DNA of 62,235 nucleotides, taken from Candidatus Nomurabacteria bacterium (GTDB lineage: Bacteria; Patescibacteriota; Minisyncoccia; Phycocordibacterales; UBA9973). Position 1 is the stretch's first letter; every line of letters starts with the position of its first letter. The position numbers and the translations under genes were made by a program. The stretch is taken from positions 1 through 62,235 of the forward strand of contig JBPOHQ010000005.1 in assembly GCA_052035405.1 (NCBI GenBank), in the 5' to 3' direction. This document shows, piece by piece, positions 9,609 through 17,816 of this stretch. The notes under the pieces were generated by a model. That model was not told the DNA's origin and ran no database searches. It worked only from the letters and a program-made list of their open reading frames with translations.

Positions 9609-10763
9609 ATGAAAACTGCAAAAAATAGAAACATAATTTATCTTGCTGGATTTTTGTTTTCCATCGCTCTTGCACTCACCTCGTATATTAATTCAAGTTT
9701 TTTGAAAGTATTTATAAATGATTACTCTATAGGAATCATGTATGTGATTGCTTCACTCTTGAGTATTTTAGTTATGTTTTGGGTGCCTGATATTCTAAAT
9801 AAATGGGGTAACAGGAAATTAGCTTTTTTCTTTAGTGTCGTTTCTCTCTTGTCTTTTCTATTCCTCGCCTTTAGTAAAAATGCACACATCGTAATTCTCT
9901 CCTTCATTATTAATCTGATCTCCCTTAATTTTGTTGTGGCGTCCCTTGATATATTCATGGAAGATTTTTCCAAGAGTTCTGCTATGGGAAAATTCCGTGG
10001 CATGTACTTAATGTTTACTAGTCTTGCGTGGGTGATAGCTCAATCGATTTCTGGATCTATTATTAGCAAAAGCTCTTTTACTGGAATCTACCTGATGAGT
10101 GCTATGTTTATGGCCCTCACTGCTTTTATGTTTGTCTTGTTTCTTAAAGAATTCAAAGATCCTCACTACAAAAAAATTCCCATTTTGAAAACTATAAAAT
10201 ATTTTGTTCAAAACAAAAATATATCAAAAATCTATCTTATAGACTTACTCTTAAAATTCTTTTTTGTATGGATGGTTATTTACACTCCTATCTATCTTCA
10301 TGAAAATCTCGCTTTTGGTTGGGATAAAATTGGGCTTATCTTTACCATTATGCTAACTCCTTTTGTATTCTTATCATATCCGCTCGGCAAGCTTTCTGAT
10401 AAGATTGGAGAGAGGAGTATGCTTATTTTCGGTTTTATTGTCACCACTCTTGCTACAAGTTTAATTCCCTTCATCAAAGAATCTAACTTTTGGATCTGGG
10501 CCATGATTTTATTTTTTACTCGTGTTGGTGCGGCAACTATACAAATCATGACTGAAAGCTACTTTTTCAAATCAGTACATGAAGAAAATGCTGATGCAAT
10601 CAGTTTTTTTCGCAACACTTCCCCTGTTTCATATGTCATAGCCCCACTCTTTGCAACGTTTGTGCTCCTTTTTGTGCCAAGTTTCCAGTATATTTTCTAT
10701 GTACTAGCAGCTATTATGCTCTTAGGGATATATCTGACACTAAAAATTAGAGATATAAAATAA
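9609..10763 (+). CDS. MFS transporter
   Basis: 384 aa with about 12 TM helices. Starts 2 nt after the rnj stop. Confidence 0.8.
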   Translation: MKTAKNRNIIYLAGFLFSIALALTSYINSSFLKVFINDYSIGIMYVIASLLSILVMFWVPDILNKWGNRKLAFFFSVVSLLSFLFLAFSKNAHIVILSFIINLISLNFVVASLDIFMEDFSKSSAMGKFRGMYLMFTSLAWVIAQSISGSIISKSSFTGIYLMSAMFMALTAFMFVLFLKEFKDPHYKKIPILKTIKYFVQNKNISKIYLIDLLLKFFFVWMVIYTPIYLHENLAFGWDKIGLIFTIMLTPFVFLSYPLGKLSDKIGERSMLIFGFIVTTLATSLIPFIKESNFWIWAMILFFTRVGAATIQIMTESYFFKSVHEENADAISFFRNTSPVSYVIAPLFATFVLLFVPSFQYIFYVLAAIMLLGIYLTLKIRDIK

Positions 10764-10764
10764 T

Positions 10765-12126
10765 CTAATTATCTTTTGCGGCTTCAAGTATCACAGTTAC
10801 TATTTTCTGCAATCCTTTACTTAAGATTTTGAGGTAGATAGCGTCTCCAACTTTCTTTTGTCTAATAATCGACGCTAGGTTAGTGTTTTCATCTAATTTC
10901 TTACCATCAACCTCTAAAATAATATCGTTTTCAACGATACCGGCTTTATCAGCTGGACTTCCTGGTATTACGGCAAGGTCACTTTGAGTAGCTCCTGATT
11001 TTACTAATACACCATAATCTACACTTAAATTATTTTTCTCTTTCATTGCAGCGTCGATCGTTACATAACGCACTCCCAGATAGGGACGGATTATTTTACC
11101 TGTCTTCTTTACAGAATCTATTGCACCCCGCACGCTATTAATAGGTAAAGCAAAACCAATATTTTGTGAACCTTGAGCAACCGCGACATTTACCCCAACT
11201 ACCTCCCCGCGAAGGTTCAGTAGCGGTCCTCCCGAATTACCAGGATTAATAGCAGCATCTGTTTGAATTACATGATCCAGAAGTTCAGTTTTACCAGTAT
11301 TATCTCCTGCTGTAATAGATCTAGAAAGTCCTGAAATAACTCCTACAGAGACAGTATTTCTAAATTCAGCTAAAGCGTTTCCTATGGCGATAACAGTATG
11401 CCCGACTTGAAGTGAATCTGAATCACCAAAATTTAAGAATGAAAATCCAGAACCACTAACCTTCACAAGAGCGATATCGAGCACTGGATCACGAGCAACA
11501 ACTGTCGCTGCATGCTTTTTACCATCATTAGTGTACACAACATATTCTACCCCCGTCTGATCAACAACATGCTTATTTGTAACAATGAGACCATCACTGG
11601 TGACAAAAAATCCAGAACCTCCCCCAATTTCTTTCTTTTCTGTACCATTTTGTCTATACTGCGGGATACTAAAGTTAAAACCTGGGAAAAAGTCTCCAAA
11701 AGGGTTATTTTGTTGATTTGGGTCAACATACGTTTCATACTTCGGAACCTCTTTTGTAATAACGATAGAAACAACAGCTGGGTTGGTTTTTTTTACAACG
11801 TCTACAACCATACCTTCTTGGTTTAATACAGGAGACTCTGCTTTACCAAGAATAGTACCCAAAGAAATCATCTCCTGAGTATCCTGATCTACATCAAGTC
11901 CACCATTTCTGGTCGCCAGGGCCTGACTTTTCAAATATTCTTTTGCAAAATAGCTAAAAATCTCTGATTTATAGTAAAATATGAGCCCCCCAAGAATTGA
12001 AAAAACCAAAAGAATTGAGATGAGACTGGTAAAAACGTACGGCAACACCTTTTTGTTAACTGATATGTTAAATAAAATTGGTTTGTGTAATAAATCTTTT
12101 AAATTTTGCATATTATTTTTATACAT
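10765..12126 (-). CDS. htrA: HtrA/DegP-family serine protease with PDZ domain
   Basis: Trypsin-like catalytic motifs (TNKHV..., DIALVK, GNSGGPL) plus a C-terminal PDZ. The track ORF begins at a TTG (12138). ATG candidates are at 12126 and 12111, the latter preceded by TATAAA-N6. Confidence 0.85.
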   Translation of the reverse strand: MYKNNMQNLKDLLHKPILFNISVNKKVLPYVFTSLISILLVFSILGGLIFYYKSEIFSYFAKEYLKSQALATRNGGLDVDQDTQEMISLGTILGKAESPVLNQEGMVVDVVKKTNPAVVSIVITKEVPKYETYVDPNQQNNPFGDFFPGFNFSIPQYRQNGTEKKEIGGGSGFFVTSDGLIVTNKHVVDQTGVEYVVYTNDGKKHAATVVARDPVLDIALVKVSGSGFSFLNFGDSDSLQVGHTVIAIGNALAEFRNTVSVGVISGLSRSITAGDNTGKTELLDHVIQTDAAINPGNSGGPLLNLRGEVVGVNVAVAQGSQNIGFALPINSVRGAIDSVKKTGKIIRPYLGVRYVTIDAAMKEKNNLSVDYGVLVKSGATQSDLAVIPGSPADKAGIVENDIILEVDGKKLDENTNLASIIRQKKVGDAIYLKILSKGLQKIVTVILEAAKDN

Positions 12127-12373
12127 TAAACCGACCAATGTCGGAAATTTGTAATATGTACATTATACTATACCTAGATAATACAATTCTTCTATGCAAA
12201 AAATTTCAAAATTCAATTTAGGCTCTCAGATATGTGGATAACTCTATAAAAAATCTAACACAAATATTTTAAAAAAATTACCTCAAAAAATGACTCAGAA
12301 AATAGCCAATTATGTAATGATTTTCTGACAAAAACATTGACAAAGGAGCTTGGTTTTTTTGTGATAATTTTTT

Positions 12374-12403
12374 TTGTCACCTTCTAACTAAAGATAGTAT
12401 AAT
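12374..12403 (+). promoter_or_regulatory. nrdA promoter TTGTCA-N18-TATAAT, -10 ends 7 nt before ATG
   Basis: TTGTCA at 12374-12379 and TATAAT at 12398-12403, with ATG at 12411. Confidence 0.5.
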
Positions 12404-12410
12404 TGGAAAT

Positions 12411-14984
12411 ATGACAACCACAATAACAAAAAGAGATGGGTCTAAAGTACCCTTCAATGCTGATAGAATTAACAAGTCTATCGAACGTGCTTGCTACGGG
12501 ATCCCTGATCCGATATCAAAGGTCATACAAATAGCATCAGAAACGCAGCTTACTCTTTATGATGGTATTACTACAGAAGAATTAGACTTAGCTACGATCA
12601 ATGCTGCTCTTCAAAACGCTCAATCAGGCCTAGAATTTGATAAAATCGCAACTCGACTTCTCTTAAAGGTTATCTATAAAAAAGTTATTGGTGATTATGA
12701 CCCAGACAAGACTGAAATCATCTCAAGAGAAGAGTTCTCAAAGCTTCACGCCTCTCATTTCATAAAATATATCCTGTCTGCAACAGAAAAAAATCTTTTA
12801 TCAAAGGATATGGCTACAAAATTTGATTTAGAAGAGCTTGCAAACACCTTAAACGTAGAAAACGATGAATTATACAAATATTCAGGCCTTTCCACGATGC
12901 TCAATCGCTATCTCGTTAAAGATGAAAAACAATCCCCCATGGAAACTCCTCAATACTTCTGGATGAGAGTCGCTATGGGAATGTCTTTAAACGAAAAAGA
13001 ACCTACTAAGTGGGCAAAAAAATTCTATGAGAAAATGTCCGCACTTGAATACCTTTCTGCAGGATCTTCAAACATAGGTTCTGGAACACCAGTCCCAAAA
13101 CTCTCAAACTGTTTCCTTATGGAAATGCACGACGACATGGAACACATCGGAAAAACTGTATCTGATGTTTTACTGCTCTCAAAGGCAACAGGCGGGATTG
13201 GACTATCAGTTACAAAACTCCGTGCTGAAGGGTCTCTTCTAAAATCAAATAATACTATTTCTTCTGGACCTATTCCTTTTATGCACATTATCGACTCTTC
13301 AATTCGTGCAGTTCAAAGAGGTGGGAAGAAGAAAGGGGCATTGTGTTTCTATATGGAAAACTGGCACCTAAACTTTCAAGACTTCCTAGATCTAAAACAA
13401 AACAATGGTGATGATTATCGTCGTACTCGAACAGCAAACACCGCAGTATTCATTTCAGATGAGTTCATGAAAAGGGTTTTGAATGGTGATGACTGGTATT
13501 TATTTGATCCAAATGAAGTAAAAGATTTAAATGAACTCTATGGTAGCGAATTCTCAAAGAGATATAATGAATACGTAGAACTTGCAAAACAAGGCAAAAT
13601 GAAGATGTACGAGACACTTCCTGCAAGACAGCAGTATAAAAACATACTCGTATCTCTTGAGACCACTTCTCACCCGTGGCTTACATGGAAAGATTCTATA
13701 AACGTTAGAGCTTTAAACAACAACACCGGCACAATCCACTGTTCGAACCTTTGTACTGAAGTCATGCTTCCAACAGACCGAGAGAATGTGGCTGTATGTA
13801 ACCTTGTATCTATAAACATGGCTCGTCATATTATTGACGGACAAATAGACTGGCACAGACTCGAAGAATCTACCCGTCTTGCAATACGTCAACTCGATAA
13901 CCTTGTAGACATAAATCAGCTCCCTATTCCTGAAGCTCGAAAGGCAGATTCTGAAAACCGTGCTGTAGGACTTGGCCTTATGGGATTTGCTGATTCTATT
14001 GAAAAACTCGGTTACTCATACGAAGACAATGAAGCGTATGACTTTGCAGACCAAGTATTTGAATTTATATCTTACATGGCTATAGATGAATCAACCGAAC
14101 TTGCAAAAGAAAGAGGTTCCTATAAAAATTTCAAAGGTTCAGAATGGTCAAAAGGTTATGTACCAGTAGACACTCTTACAAAACTTGAAATAGATAGAGA
14201 TAGAGAGCTTGCTGTTAAAAAAGAGTCTGCAACGCTTCTCCCTGCTCTAGATTGGAAAACACTTCGATCAAAAGTAAAAGCTGGAATGAGAAATGCTACC
14301 TTACTTGCAATAGCACCAAATGCAAACATCGGACTCGTTGCAGGAACAAGTCCTGGAATCGACCCACGTTTTGCTCAGATGTTCTCTAGAAATAAAATCT
14401 CTGGAAAGTATTTGGAAATAAATCCTAATCTTGTAAAAGCACTCATAAAAGAAGGGGTCTGGGAACAAACTCGGGAACAAATTCTAGAACATCATGGAGA
14501 TATTGAAGCTATTGTTGAAATACCTGACCATATTAAAAGAATTTACAAAACATCATTCTCTGTTTCTGCATATGCGTATATAGAAGTGGCAGCTCGAGCT
14601 CAGAAATGGGTAGATATGGGAATATCTAGAAATATGTACCTAGACATCCGAGACATTGATGAGATTATGAATATCTACACCACTGCTTGGGACAAGGGAC
14701 TTAAGACTACTTATTATCTACACATGAAACCCCGCCACAGCGCAGAGCAATCGACCACCACAGTAAATAAAGCTCAAGCATTAGGTAAAAGAGGATTCGC
14801 AGTAATTAAAGATAAAGCTACTCTTACACCTACTGAGAACCAAAATGCAGTCATCATTGAAAATAATGTAGTAAATATAAATCCAACAACAATAAATATA
14901 AATAGTGCCCCTATTGAAAAAAAATCAGATATAATATTACCCGAAGATCCAAACGATAAATTTTTGTGCGAAAGTTGTCAATAA
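12411..14984 (+). CDS. nrdA: ribonucleoside-diphosphate reductase alpha subunit (class I) with N-terminal ATP-cone
   Basis: 857 aa. ATP-cone (ITKRDGSKVPFNADRINKSIERA), catalytic NLCTEV motif and a C-terminal CESC redox tail. Confidence 0.95.
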   Translation: MTTTITKRDGSKVPFNADRINKSIERACYGIPDPISKVIQIASETQLTLYDGITTEELDLATINAALQNAQSGLEFDKIATRLLLKVIYKKVIGDYDPDKTEIISREEFSKLHASHFIKYILSATEKNLLSKDMATKFDLEELANTLNVENDELYKYSGLSTMLNRYLVKDEKQSPMETPQYFWMRVAMGMSLNEKEPTKWAKKFYEKMSALEYLSAGSSNIGSGTPVPKLSNCFLMEMHDDMEHIGKTVSDVLLLSKATGGIGLSVTKLRAEGSLLKSNNTISSGPIPFMHIIDSSIRAVQRGGKKKGALCFYMENWHLNFQDFLDLKQNNGDDYRRTRTANTAVFISDEFMKRVLNGDDWYLFDPNEVKDLNELYGSEFSKRYNEYVELAKQGKMKMYETLPARQQYKNILVSLETTSHPWLTWKDSINVRALNNNTGTIHCSNLCTEVMLPTDRENVAVCNLVSINMARHIIDGQIDWHRLEESTRLAIRQLDNLVDINQLPIPEARKADSENRAVGLGLMGFADSIEKLGYSYEDNEAYDFADQVFEFISYMAIDESTELAKERGSYKNFKGSEWSKGYVPVDTLTKLEIDRDRELAVKKESATLLPALDWKTLRSKVKAGMRNATLLAIAPNANIGLVAGTSPGIDPRFAQMFSRNKISGKYLEINPNLVKALIKEGVWEQTREQILEHHGDIEAIVEIPDHIKRIYKTSFSVSAYAYIEVAARAQKWVDMGISRNMYLDIRDIDEIMNIYTTAWDKGLKTTYYLHMKPRHSAEQSTTTVNKAQALGKRGFAVIKDKATLTPTENQNAVIIENNVVNINPTTININSAPIEKKSDIILPEDPNDKFLCESCQ

Positions 14985-15007
14985 TTATTAAATGTAACTA
15001 AAAATAT

Positions 15008-16015
15008 ATGATACTAGGAAAAACAGCACCAACAGACGTCAATCTACACCCAATGAAATACAAATGGGCTTATGAACTTTACAACCAAGCTGTACGAAAC
15101 AGTTGGTTCCCTCATGAGATACCTCTAGGAGAAGACTTAACAGACTGGAAAGCAATGACTGCAGATGAAAGACATGCGGTAGAATTTCTCATGTCATTTT
15201 TTAACCCAGGAGAACTTATCGTCAATCGTGTCCTTGCACTTGGTATATACCCATATATCAAATCCCCAGAATGTCACCTGTATCTCGCAAAACAAATGTT
15301 CGAGGAAGCAAACCACTGTGTAGCTTTTGAGTACGTACTCGAAACCTTCCCTCTCGATAGAAGCAAGGTTTACAATACACACCTCGAATTACCTTCAATG
15401 CAAAAGAAAGAGGCATTTATCAGTAGATATCTCACAAGAATGACTGAAAAATCTCTCGACATAGAAACAGTTGAAGGTAAAAAAGATTTTATTCGTGACC
15501 TTGTTGCATACAATATCGTCATGGAAGGTATTTGGTTCTACTCAGGATTCATGGTGGCACTTTCATTCCGTCAAAGAAATCAGCTCCGAAATTTTGGTTC
15601 TATGATCAACTGGGTACTCCGCGACGAAAGTCTTCACCTAAAATTCGGTATCCAACTTCTTCACACTGTTCTCGAAGAGAATGCTGAACTCCTCACAGAA
15701 GATTTTGCAAATGAAATTAGGGATATCATCATCGAAGGAGTCGGATTAGAAGCTGATTACAATAAAGATCTATTCCCTAACGGTATCCTCGGGCTCAACG
15801 CAGACTATGTAAACCAATATGTGCAATATGTCGCAGACCGAAGACTTGAAGAGTTAGGACTTGAGCCGCATTACAATGTCACTAACCCTGCAAAATGGAT
15901 GTCTACCGCTACCGATGTATTCGAACTCGTAAACTTCTTTGAACAACAAAATACAGCCTACGAAGTAGATGCTCACGGCCACAAGAAAGAAGAAGAGAAA
16001 CCTAAAGAAGAATAA
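15008..16015 (+). CDS. nrdB: ribonucleotide reductase beta subunit, class Ic-like (Phe at radical-Tyr position)
   Basis: 335 aa. Ferritin-like ligand motifs are E69, E100-x2-H103, E in MEGIWFYSGF, and E-x2-H in RDESLHLKF. F107 sits at the E+7 position. Confidence 0.9.
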   Translation: MILGKTAPTDVNLHPMKYKWAYELYNQAVRNSWFPHEIPLGEDLTDWKAMTADERHAVEFLMSFFNPGELIVNRVLALGIYPYIKSPECHLYLAKQMFEEANHCVAFEYVLETFPLDRSKVYNTHLELPSMQKKEAFISRYLTRMTEKSLDIETVEGKKDFIRDLVAYNIVMEGIWFYSGFMVALSFRQRNQLRNFGSMINWVLRDESLHLKFGIQLLHTVLEENAELLTEDFANEIRDIIIEGVGLEADYNKDLFPNGILGLNADYVNQYVQYVADRRLEELGLEPHYNVTNPAKWMSTATDVFELVNFFEQQNTAYEVDAHGHKKEEEKPKEE

Positions 16016-16027
16016 ATAACATATAAC

Positions 16028-16054
16028 AAAAACCCTCTATTTAGAGGGTTTTTG
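16028..16054. terminator. rho-independent terminator after nrdB
   Basis: AAAAACCCTCT-attt-AGAGGGTTTTT. Confidence 0.7.
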
Positions 16055-16081
16055 TTTACTTAGTTTTTTAACTTACTTTAT

Positions 16082-16843
16082 TTAGATACTTTCATTTCGT
16101 AGAACTGTAGCAGCTACAGAAAGAGTTGTATCATTCACTACTCCGTAAGCTGTAACCTTGTTTCCAACTACAAATGATGCAAGTGTTGTATTAGCCCAAT
16201 TGTCATTAACTATTGAGGTATTTGTTGCAACATTTACTGTATAATCCTTACTATTTGAAGTAACTATCATCGTACTAGGAGCTACTGTACCACCAACAGA
16301 CTTAACAGTTCCTTCTATTTTTGAACGTACATTTTGTTTTGTTACTGACCAGTTTTTCACAACTTTTGCATCAACTACTATAGAAGTATTTGTACCTGAA
16401 GTGACTGTCCCTGTGAAGCTTAATATATCCCCTACCTTAATCTCAGCTAAAGGACTCACACTTCCAAATTTTCTAACAATGTTTGTACTTGAAAGCACAT
16501 TTACAGACCAATTTATATTCATAGCACCCCAAGATGTTGCAGCAGAAATTGTATTTCCAGATACAGCAGTAACTTTAGCCCCACGTACCAATACTTGACC
16601 ATTATCTTTAATATTTACCTCAAGGCTAGACCCATCTAATTTCGCTTCTTTTTTATGATCATCAAAATGACCACCAAGCTTAGCGTCAATACTTGTCATT
16701 AAGCCGAACATACTTTTATTTTTGCCCCCCTCATTATCATCGTCTCCCCCTCTTCCTTTTTCTGCGAAAGCAACCCCAGAAGAAGCTACACTAGCTAAAA
16801 TTAATAACGCTGGTAACACATAAAACAATTTATTTTTCTTCAT
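16082..16843 (-). CDS. secreted hypothetical protein
   Basis: 253 aa with signal peptide MKKNKLFYVLPALLILASVASSGVAFA, then a Thr/Val-rich beta protein. Confidence 0.75.
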   Translation of the reverse strand: MKKNKLFYVLPALLILASVASSGVAFAEKGRGGDDDNEGGKNKSMFGLMTSIDAKLGGHFDDHKKEAKLDGSSLEVNIKDNGQVLVRGAKVTAVSGNTISAATSWGAMNINWSVNVLSSTNIVRKFGSVSPLAEIKVGDILSFTGTVTSGTNTSIVVDAKVVKNWSVTKQNVRSKIEGTVKSVGGTVAPSTMIVTSNSKDYTVNVATNTSIVNDNWANTTLASFVVGNKVTAYGVVNDTTLSVAATVLRNESI

Positions 16844-16924
16844 ATATCTTTACTTTTTAAACTTATCTTAATAATAATTACCCGACGCTATATATGACGT
16901 AACAAAAAAAGTATTATTACACTA

Positions 16925-17551
16925 TTAAAGTATCTTTTTACCATTTTTGTATTCAACCAATTCTCCGGCCTTACGCTCTATAATATCTGCTTTTCTCAAG
17001 CGTTTTATAGCTTTTTTTGAAATTACACTATAATGTTTTATTTCGTCAAGCTTATCATCAACCACCCATAAATCTTCTTCTGCTGTAATCCAGTTTATTT
17101 TCATACTGTCTAAATTAAGTGGCACTGAATACGCACGTAAAGTTTTTCTACCATTTTTGTTTAAAAAATATTCATGAAAATAAGACATAACTAGCTCGTG
17201 TATATCTCGATAGACGGGTTCACGAAAACGTAAAGTGTAGTGATTCGTCTTTGAAATTGCACCCCAAAGTCCATCTACTTTATATAAGGCTATAATATGA
17301 TCCCAGTCCCCTTTCTCGGCCTGTAAATGCAAAATGAGGGGTTTTTGGTTATGTATTTGAAGTATACAAGCAGCAAGCATTGCACCTTCTAGGCAATGTA
17401 TACTCTTTGATCTCAAAGAGAGCAAAGGTGATTTTATAGTTTCCCCTTTTTCTTCAAAGTTAAACTCTAACGTATCTAAAAAATCCTGAATTTTCAAAGG
17501 AGATGTCAGGCTCTTCAATAGTTTAATTTCTTTTTTTGTAAATTCTAACAT
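16925..17551 (-). CDS. hypothetical protein, possible transglutaminase/papain-fold (Cys-His) enzyme
   Basis: 208 aa with candidate catalytic C in IHCLEGAMLAA and H in DWDHIIALYK. The assignment is tentative. Confidence 0.65.
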   Translation of the reverse strand: MLEFTKKEIKLLKSLTSPLKIQDFLDTLEFNFEEKGETIKSPLLSLRSKSIHCLEGAMLAACILQIHNQKPLILHLQAEKGDWDHIIALYKVDGLWGAISKTNHYTLRFREPVYRDIHELVMSYFHEYFLNKNGRKTLRAYSVPLNLDSMKINWITAEEDLWVVDDKLDEIKHYSVISKKAIKRLRKADIIERKAGELVEYKNGKKIL

Positions 17552-17552
17552 T

Positions 17553-17759
17553 TTATATACCGAGTCCCCCTAAAGCACCAACGTAGTTGCTTAGAAACAT
17601 TGGTAACGCAAAAGCGAGTCCTATAATAGGGAGCACTATAGCAATGACAGTAACCCAAATGATCACAAGAAAGTATTTTCTTGTTTTTTCTACTGATTTA
17701 TAAATAGCATCTATCTTTATTGATTGCTCTTCAAATTTCTTTTTTATTTCTTCATCCAT
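17553..17759 (-). CDS. small membrane protein
   Basis: 68 aa with two hydrophobic helices. Preceded by TGaTATAAT-N6-ATG. Confidence 0.6.
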   Translation of the reverse strand: MDEEIKKKFEEQSIKIDAIYKSVEKTRKYFLVIIWVTVIAIVLPIIGLAFALPMFLSNYVGALGGLGI

Positions 17760-17765
17760 AAAAGA

Positions 17766-17774
17766 ATTATATCA
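17766..17774 (-). promoter_or_regulatory. extended -10 TGaTATAAT, 6 nt upstream of ATG 17759
   Basis: rc of 17766-17774 = TGATATAAT. Confidence 0.45.
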
Positions 17775-17809
17775 CAATAAAACCCCCGCTAAGCGGGGGT
17801 TTTATTGTG
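17773..17809. terminator. long palindromic terminator
   Basis: CACAATAAAACCCCCGCT-aa-GCGGGGGTTTTATTGTG. Confidence 0.7.
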
Positions 17810-17816
17810 ATAATTA

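Noticed and set aside
12139-12410. NrdR boxes or a riboswitch upstream of nrdA.
   Set aside because: Only generic AT-rich palindromes occur (ATGTACAT; TCAGAAAAT...ATTTTCTGA). Nothing resembles the 16-bp NrdR box consensus and there is no GC-rich structured segment.
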